Origin: a virus
Length of the DNA: 64,000 nt
Reading direction: 5' to 3' (one strand)
IMG/VR virus record: IMGVR_UViG_3300027917_000046
Coordinates: 3,078 to 67,077 of that record
In this document: in pieces, positions 57,190 through 64,000 of the stretch
Position numbering within the stretch: the first letter of the stretch is position 1
How the letters are laid out: every line of letters begins with the position of its first letter
Position numbers and translations under genes: made by a program
The notes under the pieces: model-generated
The model's input: only the letters and a program-made list of their open reading frames with translations
What the model was told of the DNA's origin: nothing
Database searches by the model: none

Positions 57190-58764
57190 TTACCCCAATC
57201 TGCGAGTTGTTTTTGTAAAGTTCACCTGCATCGAATCCAGTTCCAAGGTGGCGTTGTTCTTCCCACGCAAACCCACCGCATAGTAACGAGAACGCATTCC
57301 TTTGCCAGGTGTAACTCTGTGCTGGTGGATCGTCGTCTTTTTCACCACCGGCAGGTTGTAATCATAGCTGGTTACATCGTTCGGGTGGATCGTAACCACC
57401 ACTCTCTCATTCGAACGTAGCCCCAGCAGCACTTCTGGTAGTCGTTTAAGATCGGGATTCTTATCGTCCATCTGCCCCGTCTTAATCTGCCAATCAATGT
57501 TCGTGGTATTCGGGTCTATGGTTCCTGATAGGCGGACCAGCCCTGCCGGCCCTGCCGCATAGTATTCCGTCCCGATTCGCGCAAAGCTGTTGTAACGGTG
57601 ATTCGTGAACTCAGTAACTGCGCCTGTCCGTAGGTTCACGACTTTGATATCATATACTTCCGATTCCTCTTCCTGACCTAGACCTGCGGCCACCAGCGGC
57701 ATGAACGACGCATAACCTGCGTTCGCCTCCACAACAAGAGGCTCGAATGAAGCCGCCCCCACACCTGCTGCGACCGCAACACCGCTGGCTGTCAACGCTT
57801 CAAACAGGCCTGCTCCAGAGTTAGGCCCGTATCCAGCGCCAAACATCGGCTCGAATTCTGCTGCGCCTTCGCCAACGAACGGAACATCAGCCGTTCCTTC
57901 CGCGGTCATCGCCTCGAAATAGCCGCGCCCATGGGCTGTCGGACTATGCTCGCCCGTACCAAGCGCAACCATCGGTCCAAATGAAGCTGCACCCGGTCCA
58001 CCCTGAATCAGGGTTACTGGCGGTGAGTCCGCCGTTCCGGTTCCCTCACCAGCGCCTGATCCTGTCTGCGCAAAGCCGGTCAAACCGACAGTCGAAGTAA
58101 CAGTAGCTGCGCCTGTCCCTTCACCAGCGCCTGATCCTGTTGCACTGAAATCGACACCGTGCGAGAACGAGATCGCGCCAATCGCCCAGTCCGCGCTGGA
58201 CTGAGTGAAGTCCACCGCCCGCGCCCCCGCCGTGCTGCCATCCAGATCATAGAGCGCCGGGTAAGTGGCGTCAGTTCCGTCCAGCCCTGTATACGCCCCA
58301 CCCGGCGTTATCGGACTACCCTGTGCTTCCGCGATCGCCCAAATAAATGAGTTGTCTCGCGGAGTCGTCAAACTTACCGTGGCCGACGTGCTGGTGCCTG
58401 ATGCATCTACTTCGTTAGAGTCGTAGGTTACAATCCCTACGTCCGGCGTCAACGCCATCGCACGAAGACCCAGCGTAGTTACTGTGCCGTCAAGCGTGAC
58501 AGTGATGGTCTTATTACCGCCCGTTGAGACATTCAGCAGGTAACCGAACCAATACCGGTCAGTGCTGTTCGTCTCAAACGTCTGAACAGTTGTGGCGTCC
58601 GACTCGCTAGTGATAGTGACCGACGTAATACCACGCAACGTGCCGATACCGTAAATGCCGATGACGATTAGGTCACCAGCACTTACGCTCGTCAGCGTTA
58701 CGTTCGTAGTAGCTGTCGAACTGGCGAAGCTATTCTGCTCGCCTACACTAACTGTAAACGCCAC
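57190..58764 (-). CDS. Tail-associated protein with internal repeats
   Basis: GGAGG SD, GTG start; six GxAxFxP/AM/L-type repeats; exact 20-bp repeat at 58046-58065 and 58121-58140. Confidence 0.65.
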   Translation of the reverse strand: MAFTVSVGEQNSFASSTATTNVTLTSVSAGDLIVIGIYGIGTLRGITSVTITSESDATTVQTFETNSTDRYWFGYLLNVSTGGNKTITVTLDGTVTTLGLRAMALTPDVGIVTYDSNEVDASGTSTSATVSLTTPRDNSFIWAIAEAQGSPITPGGAYTGLDGTDATYPALYDLDGSTAGARAVDFTQSSADWAIGAISFSHGVDFSATGSGAGEGTGAATVTSTVGLTGFAQTGSGAGEGTGTADSPPVTLIQGGPGAASFGPMVALGTGEHSPTAHGRGYFEAMTAEGTADVPFVGEGAAEFEPMFGAGYGPNSGAGLFEALTASGVAVAAGVGAASFEPLVVEANAGYASFMPLVAAGLGQEEESEVYDIKVVNLRTGAVTEFTNHRYNSFARIGTEYYAAGPAGLVRLSGTIDPNTTNIDWQIKTGQMDDKNPDLKRLPEVLLGLRSNERVVVTIHPNDVTSYDYNLPVVKKTTIHQHRVTPGKGMRSRYYAVGLRGKNNATLELDSMQVNFTKTTRRLG

Positions 58765-58779
58765 AGTATCCTCCTACAA

Positions 58780-59208
58780 TTACAGATCGCTCAACGTAGC
58801 GAATTCGATCTGCGGAGTTACTTTAATTTCACCACCATATGTTGCCGGAACCACAATCGGAGCGCCTGAGAATCTCTCGACCCATAGCAGAGCACCCGAA
58901 GTATTGTCGGTTAGGTAGTAACCATACACGTTTGTCGCACCACCGGTTCCGTCGAATACATACGTCTGCTCGGCATAAGTAGCCCGCGACTGAACACCGA
59001 CGTCGGATACTGACCAGCTCGTATTTGTGAGCGTCTTGGCTGCGTACCCCTGCGTCGTCATTTCTGTCAAGCTGCCGAGGACCGTAGCCCCTGTGGGAGT
59101 GTGGTCGTTCACGTAGAGCCGCAGAGTCCAGTTCGCGTTCGGTGTATCATCACCGACCATGAACTGAAGTAGCAGCGTTTCCCCTACGTCAGGGATGACG
59201 ATAGCCAT
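58780..59208 (-). CDS. Putative tail protein
   Basis: 'LRLYVNDHTP...GYAAKTL...VYGYYL...LLWVERF'. Confidence 0.65.
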   Translation of the reverse strand: MAIVIPDVGETLLLQFMVGDDTPNANWTLRLYVNDHTPTGATVLGSLTEMTTQGYAAKTLTNTSWSVSDVGVQSRATYAEQTYVFDGTGGATNVYGYYLTDNTSGALLWVERFSGAPIVVPATYGGEIKVTPQIEFATLSDL

Positions 59209-59219
59209 AGAGCCTCCTA

Positions 59220-59999
59220 TTAAGAAGTCGGGAACGTCAACGCGAAGCTAGTGATAACTTGCGGGACCGTGTCGACAAACGAAAGGTTGGTCAAGTTAAG
59301 TTCCGCGCCCGACGTTCCAACTGCTCCGTCCAAACGGGGATACAACTCGCTCGAATCGAGGGTGCCCGGATCCGCAGTAGCCGCTGTAAAGCGGAACCAT
59401 CCAGCTGTGCCCGTAGCCACCGCGTCGCCTTCCCATACCTCTGCTGCGGCCTTAGTAATCACGCCAGCTGCTGTGACATCCCAATTCAGGCCGTTGACGG
59501 CATCTACACCCGCGACTGCGGTGCCGATGTTTACATCCGTCCCAACCATAGTTGTGGTCGCGGACACGACAGCCAGACCGTTTGCATCTGTGCCGAAACC
59601 GCGTTGCGCTGTAAGCGTAACTACCGCACCAGAAGCTGACGCTGTCACGATCTTGTGGTCGTGGTAGTAGTTGATCTGTGTAGCGACGTCGAGCGCTGTT
59701 TGCGTCAGGTCGCTGTTAAAGGGGATAACTGCGCCTAGGATCTCGATCCCAGCCACTGTTACGCTATCGACAGAACCTGATCCGCCAGATAGTGTGATCG
59801 TTCCCGCCGCGCGAACTTCGTTCACGAATGCGACCCCGCCGTTAGTATAAGTGCAAAGCAGCGTGCCTGTGACAGCTGCGTCAGCCGATGCCGGTTGCGA
59901 CCCCGTGTATACATTCAGAACACAGTCCGTCATAAGTTGACGGAACGCCGCAGTCGCCAGCATGCCGTTGCGAAGAGCTTTGGATGCTTTTAGAGCCAT
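59220..59999 (-). CDS. Putative tail/virion protein
   Basis: 'YTGSQPASADAAVTGTLL', 'ATGTAGWFRF', 'RLDGAVGTSGAEL'. Confidence 0.65.
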   Translation of the reverse strand: MALKASKALRNGMLATAAFRQLMTDCVLNVYTGSQPASADAAVTGTLLCTYTNGGVAFVNEVRAAGTITLSGGSGSVDSVTVAGIEILGAVIPFNSDLTQTALDVATQINYYHDHKIVTASASGAVVTLTAQRGFGTDANGLAVVSATTTMVGTDVNIGTAVAGVDAVNGLNWDVTAAGVITKAAAEVWEGDAVATGTAGWFRFTAATADPGTLDSSELYPRLDGAVGTSGAELNLTNLSFVDTVPQVITSFALTFPTS

Positions 60000-60011
60000 G
60001 ATTGCCTCCTG

Positions 60012-61259
60012 TTACGATTGATTGTTCGCGGAACCTGTTCCTCTGAGGACATTCAAATACTGAACGAATCCTCTGTGCTGCCGCACAATTCCCGCTCCGC
60101 GTTGTGCATAGGGAAAAGAGTATCGTGACTCAGTGATATTATTCGCTGAGCCACCGTTGTAACCTACGCAGACACCGTGCCTGCTAGTCCATATAACTGC
60201 TTCTCCGACCTTTTCTGTTTCACCCTGTTCCGGGGATGTTATAAGAGCAGCGGTGCACTTAGCAGCAGTATTCGGAATAGCCCCATAGTCAAACACTACT
60301 GAACTATCAAAATCTGCTGGTGACCCACCTGCCAAATACCACGTCATAGAAGTCGTTTCCGGGTCGTCACCTTCAACATCAGCTGTCGCTACGAAGATTC
60401 CGTTCTTCACGCACTCAAACATAGCAATCTGACCGGGGAACCGAAGGAAGTTTTCCCCGATACGGAACAGCTCCGGGTTGTACGGATCAGAGAAGTAAAC
60501 CACATCCCCCGCGACCACATACATAATCCCGTTGAAATACCGCACGATATTACCAGCGGGCGGCGGACATGCGTGCTGAGTTCGCAGCGCCACTTTCAAA
60601 TCTTTTGCGTTGCTGCTATATACGTATGTTGTAACATAATTGGGTATTACAGCCGCCCGATACAAAGTCTCTCCATTCGTCCCACTCATGTAGAGTATCT
60701 TGTCCGTCACATCAGGATCCGAAGAGACTTCGATGTTCGAGAAATTGATCCCACCATTCGCGCCTACTTCAATCAGTCCTTCGACCCCGGTGCCGGATTC
60801 GTGGCCATCTGAACGCAGGAATGTCAGAGCATATAGATACCGTCCAGCGGGGAGACCGCCTACCGAAACCGTAGCTGTCGGTTGCCCCACCGGGGGAGTT
60901 ACACCCCACAACTTTGAGGTAGCTCCAACCACTCGGCCGGAGTCGGTTCCGTTGGACCAGTAAACTGTGCCTGCGTAATTATCATAACTCACACGGGCGT
61001 CAGTCGTCAGAGTCCGTAGCGGCGTGAACGTAAAATCGGACTCAATCCGACTCAATACATTACCGTGCATGATCAGAGAGACGGCCTTGCTGGAATAAAG
61101 GCTATGCGCGGGGGTCGCACTTACCACGGTCTGCCCCATACGGGACAGTAGCTTTCCTGTGTCGTCAATCTCTACGTCGGACGCAATCTCGAGCTCCCCG
61201 GTGCGAAAACGCTCCGTGGAAGTTGTATTACGTAGTCCGCGCCACCCTTTAATTTCCAT
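60012..61259 (-). CDS. Putative tail nozzle/tubular protein
   Basis: 'GWRGLRN...DVEIDDTGKLLSRMG' N-terminus; beta-propeller-like composition. Confidence 0.6.
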   Translation of the reverse strand: MEIKGWRGLRNTTSTERFRTGELEIASDVEIDDTGKLLSRMGQTVVSATPAHSLYSSKAVSLIMHGNVLSRIESDFTFTPLRTLTTDARVSYDNYAGTVYWSNGTDSGRVVGATSKLWGVTPPVGQPTATVSVGGLPAGRYLYALTFLRSDGHESGTGVEGLIEVGANGGINFSNIEVSSDPDVTDKILYMSGTNGETLYRAAVIPNYVTTYVYSSNAKDLKVALRTQHACPPPAGNIVRYFNGIMYVVAGDVVYFSDPYNPELFRIGENFLRFPGQIAMFECVKNGIFVATADVEGDDPETTSMTWYLAGGSPADFDSSVVFDYGAIPNTAAKCTAALITSPEQGETEKVGEAVIWTSRHGVCVGYNGGSANNITESRYSFPYAQRGAGIVRQHRGFVQYLNVLRGTGSANNQS

Positions 61260-61848
61260 TACAGACCTCTACATACTTACGGATCAAGGACTGGGCTGCG
61301 GTGAGTTTGTCGACGACGGCGTCGGCTCGGTTGGCTTCGGAGAGAAGAAATTCAGTAGCCTCTCTCGAAAGTTCCGCTCCTCGGGGGCCATTACCGCTGC
61401 TGGCGGTGCCGGTAGCCGCGCTGACGGCGTCTCGATCACGGTCGGCGGCGCAGCTGAGGGCTTCGTCACGCCATCTGTCGCGCAAGACGAGAGCGCCACT
61501 ACGAGCAGCAGCAGCATCATGCTTTGCTTGGTTCTTAGCACGTTCTATCTCCTTCTGATGATCGGCGTCGAGCTTAGCCACGTCCTTCGCGGCCTGTTCC
61601 TCGATCGCCCTGATCTGGATACCTAGCTCCGCAATCCTTTTGTTGGCAGCTGCCAGGGCCTCGTTGTCCCGCTTCTGATATGCCGCCACCGCCTCGACGC
61701 GTCCCCGTTCGAAGGCCTTGGAATCCACGCCATCGATATACGACTTTGCGCCAAAGAACACGGACATACCGATAGCGGCCAATGCGAGAACCGCACCTAC
61801 GTAGATAAGTGCCGAGACGCCTAATTGCTTCCATCTAATTCTTCGCAT
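61249..61848 (-). CDS. Rz: i-spanin
   Basis: N-terminal TM, coiled coil, 'AELS...FLLSEANRAD...LTAAQ'. Confidence 0.85.
   Translation of the reverse strand: MRRIRWKQLGVSALIYVGAVLALAAIGMSVFFGAKSYIDGVDSKAFERGRVEAVAAYQKRDNEALAAANKRIAELGIQIRAIEEQAAKDVAKLDADHQKEIERAKNQAKHDAAAARSGALVLRDRWRDEALSCAADRDRDAVSAATGTASSGNGPRGAELSREATEFLLSEANRADAVVDKLTAAQSLIRKYVEVCNGN
61284..61520 (-). CDS. Rz1: o-spanin embedded in Rz
   Basis: Alternate frame; MMLLLLVVALSSC lipobox; Pro-rich. Confidence 0.8.
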   Translation of the reverse strand: MMLLLLVVALSSCATDGVTKPSAAPPTVIETPSARLPAPPAAVMAPEERNFRERLLNFFSPKPTEPTPSSTNSPQPSP

Positions 61849-62156
61849 GCGAGTGGCTCCATTCCTGTTACCGTGAGACCTAAGTCAGCGGTATGTTCGT
61901 AAATGATCTCCAAAGTCTCCGGATCGGACACTACCCGACCGTGGCGCAGAATGTAGAACTCAAAACCACGGCCTTTGGTTATAGCATCACTCCATTTACC
62001 ACCCAGCTCCTCCTGCTGCGCCTGTTCTCGCTTTGTGCACGTCAGGATGATAGAGATACCGCGTTTCTTAAGACGGAGGTCCCGGCGGCACCGGTCGTGG
62101 AGTTTATTCCACTTGACCTGTACCTCCGGGGTTAGGTCTCTTACTTCTCTGCTCAT
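61821..62156 (-). CDS. Degenerate M15 peptidase-like protein
   Basis: 'SREVRDLTPEV...GISIILTCTKREQAQQEEL' resembles M15C endolysin N-termini; Zn-binding His residues absent. Confidence 0.55.
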   Translation of the reverse strand: MSREVRDLTPEVQVKWNKLHDRCRRDLRLKKRGISIILTCTKREQAQQEELGGKWSDAITKGRGFEFYILRHGRVVSDPETLEIIYEHTADLGLTVTGMEPLACEELDGSN

Positions 62157-62896
62157 GCTCCTGCCTTCGTCATATTTGGCTTGCTGACTTTGACTCTGCT
62201 ACGTGCCCATGCTCCGCAATCTCCGCACTGGAATCGCTGGTAGCGAGTTCCGTGTTGGTTCGGAGGGGTGACACCGCGGCGCTGTAACTTAACGCTGCTG
62301 CAACTCGGGCACCCGTCGATTGCGTCATAAGCTGCTACGTTCGGATGATTGCGAATCCACGGACGGAACCGGTAATACACCTTCTCCAAAAGAGTCACGT
62401 CACCTTTGTTATACTTCTCCATCAAAATCCACGCGCTCTTGACTCCGGCCATGCAGTCGATCCATAGCTGGAATCCAGGGTGCTTTACCTTCGTCCCTTC
62501 ACCGATCGTGTGCCCTACATAATCCAGTTTGTTCGATTGGAACTTGAAGGTCCCTCGGCTAACTTTAAGAAGGTCGATCTGCTTGTATGGTGAGGGCGGC
62601 GCAATTTTGTGAGTCAGGAATTCCTTGTTAAGTGTTGGGATGTCAAACTTGCTACCGTTGTAGTGGATGATAACGTCTGCTTCATCCAACAATTTATGGA
62701 TGCCTTTTAGCATCGTTGTGTGATTCGACCGATGAACAGAATCGAACATTACTTTCTTTTCACCTAGCCACTTTGCAGACCAGCAGAGGACGTATCCCGC
62801 GTCTGCGATTTGATTGATTGCTATGTTCTGCTCCCACAGTCCCCAGACATAAGCCAAATTCGGAGCTGTTTCGATATCCAGCAGTAGGATTTTCAC
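62153..62896 (-). CDS. DEDDy RNase H-like exonuclease with C-terminal Zn ribbon
   Basis: 'LLDIET', 'HYNGSKFD', 'KLDYV', 'YNKGDV', CPSC...CGDC. Confidence 0.88.
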   Translation of the reverse strand: MKILLLDIETAPNLAYVWGLWEQNIAINQIADAGYVLCWSAKWLGEKKVMFDSVHRSNHTTMLKGIHKLLDEADVIIHYNGSKFDIPTLNKEFLTHKIAPPSPYKQIDLLKVSRGTFKFQSNKLDYVGHTIGEGTKVKHPGFQLWIDCMAGVKSAWILMEKYNKGDVTLLEKVYYRFRPWIRNHPNVAAYDAIDGCPSCSSVKLQRRGVTPPNQHGTRYQRFQCGDCGAWARSRVKVSKPNMTKAGA

Positions 62897-63136
62897 TTAC
62901 TCTCCTTTATTCCGTTTGAAATAAGAAACCATTTTCTTCACCGACTCACACGCTTTCGGCAAGTGGATAATCATCTGCATTCCCAACCACAGAACCGTGA
63001 AGATCCCGACTATGGTTGGAATGTGTTCTGCCCACACAGCAAAACCGGTGAGAACAGCAGCTGCATCTATGCCCATTCCGGCCTTCGATTGCGCGACTGC
63101 TTGCGTTTTTTGTACAGCTTGTGTCCATGTAACCAT
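62897..63136 (-). CDS. Putative holin
   Basis: Small, two hydrophobic segments, basic C-terminus, first gene after promoter. Confidence 0.5.
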   Translation of the reverse strand: MVTWTQAVQKTQAVAQSKAGMGIDAAAVLTGFAVWAEHIPTIVGIFTVLWLGMQMIIHLPKACESVKKMVSYFKRNKGE

Positions 63137-63191
63137 GTCGCCTCCACCTTATTGTTTTTGTTGGGCAGACAACCCATTGAAAAGAAGTCGC

Positions 63192-63220
63192 ATTATACCG
63201 TAAAAGAGGCCACTAGTCAA
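63192..63220 (-). promoter_or_regulatory. Sigma70-type promoter for lysis/tail operon
   Basis: TTGACT-17 nt-TATAAT. Confidence 0.78.
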
Positions 63221-63374
63221 CCTTAGCTCCGACCCTGTCAGAGAGCGTTTTATCTTCTAACTCCTTGACTCGCTGAGTTAATTTGGCGATTTCTTGCTTT
63301 AGAACTATGTTCTCCACTTCCTTCTGACCTATAATCATCAGAAGGTCTTCTATAGATAACTGCTTTTGTGCCAT
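63213..63374 (-). CDS. 53-aa coiled-coil protein (possible fibre chaperone)
   Basis: Manual translation MAQKQLSIEDLLMIIGQKEVENIVLKQEIAKLTQRVKELE...; AGGAG SD. Confidence 0.6.
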   Translation of the reverse strand: MAQKQLSIEDLLMIIGQKEVENIVLKQEIAKLTQRVKELEDKTLSDRVGAKVD

Positions 63375-63385
63375 TGTCTCTCCTG

Positions 63386-64000
63386 TTAGGTTACGATAGC
63401 GCGGTCTTGAACCCTACGCCAGTTGGTGCCGTCCGAGAAGGCGAGGGTGGGCCCGCCCGTCTCGTCGGACACATAAATAACGCCAGCGGCTGTTGTCGCC
63501 GACGGCAAACCAGATACTGTGAAACTCGGTACCCGCCACGTCGAGCCTCCGACCGTGGGCGTGTTTGTAAAATTCACTACGTGGGTGGCCCCACTTATTG
63601 TCCAGACGGGGGTGGTCCCCGGCATATCGTTGTGCCATAACCCAAGGGTCTCCAATGACGCGGAAGCGTCGATCCCCATTGACCACGGTAGCCCCGTAGC
63701 TGAGGAGTGGTCTATTCTTATGTAGCTGTCATTGAGGGTACCATGAGCCAGAACCTCGTAGTAGGCACCAAACCCGCGCAAACTGTGATACACCGCGTTG
63801 ACTGTGCCGGAGTCTTGGTTGTTTATCATGGTGCCCCACAGCGTGTTGCCGGAGGCTTTGAACTGGGCTACTGGTAGCGCAGAAGTTTCACGAGCATAGA
63901 GGTTGATTTGGCCTGACGTGCCTGTGGTGTTGGCATAGATGTTGAGGTTCTCAGCAACGCCCGTGCCGCCCCTCATGGACTGCCCACCGGCGCGGCCGGC
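63386..64000 (-). CDS. Tail fibre, C-terminal part (runs off window edge)
   Basis: Ends 'TVSGLPSA...IYVSDETGGPTLAFSDGTNWRRV', a common fibre C-terminal module. Confidence 0.75.
   Translation of the reverse strand, partial: AGRAGGQSMRGGTGVAENLNIYANTTGTSGQINLYARETSALPVAQFKASGNTLWGTMINNQDSGTVNAVYHSLRGFGAYYEVLAHGTLNDSYIRIDHSSATGLPWSMGIDASASLETLGLWHNDMPGTTPVWTISGATHVVNFTNTPTVGGSTWRVPSFTVSGLPSATTAAGVIYVSDETGGPTLAFSDGTNWRRVQDRAIVT

Overview
The window is most of a lytic dsDNA tailed phage genome with podovirus-like organisation. It starts inside the major capsid gene and ends inside a tail-fibre gene, and I saw no integrase, repressor or CRISPR array. Minus-strand arms (1-12.4 kb, 47.1-64 kb) carry packaging, virion and lysis genes: TerS, TerL, portal, scaffold, capsid, head-fibre-like paralogs, a 2226-aa internal virion protein, tail proteins and Rz/Rz1. 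The plus-strand arm (12.7-47.1 kb) carries early genes, replication genes (primase-helicase, SNF2 helicase, family A polymerase, ligase, nucleases) and many counter-defence candidates: NadM-NUDIX + Nampt NAD+ salvage, RtcB, rIIA/rIIB, an Acb2/Tad1-like protein and three tRNAs (Tyr, Thr, Asn). Most unusual features: (i) several intergenic structured RNAs, including an anticodon-less tRNA-shaped RNA with a GGA-rich D-loop insert (38216-38344) and a 76-nt ACCA-ended non-tRNA (13604-13679); (ii) a nucleotide/DNA-modification-like cluster with no recognisable known pathway; (iii) a split lysis system with an apparently dead M15 peptidase. All family assignments come from motif recognition by eye and all RNA structures from manual pairing; nothing was searched or computed.
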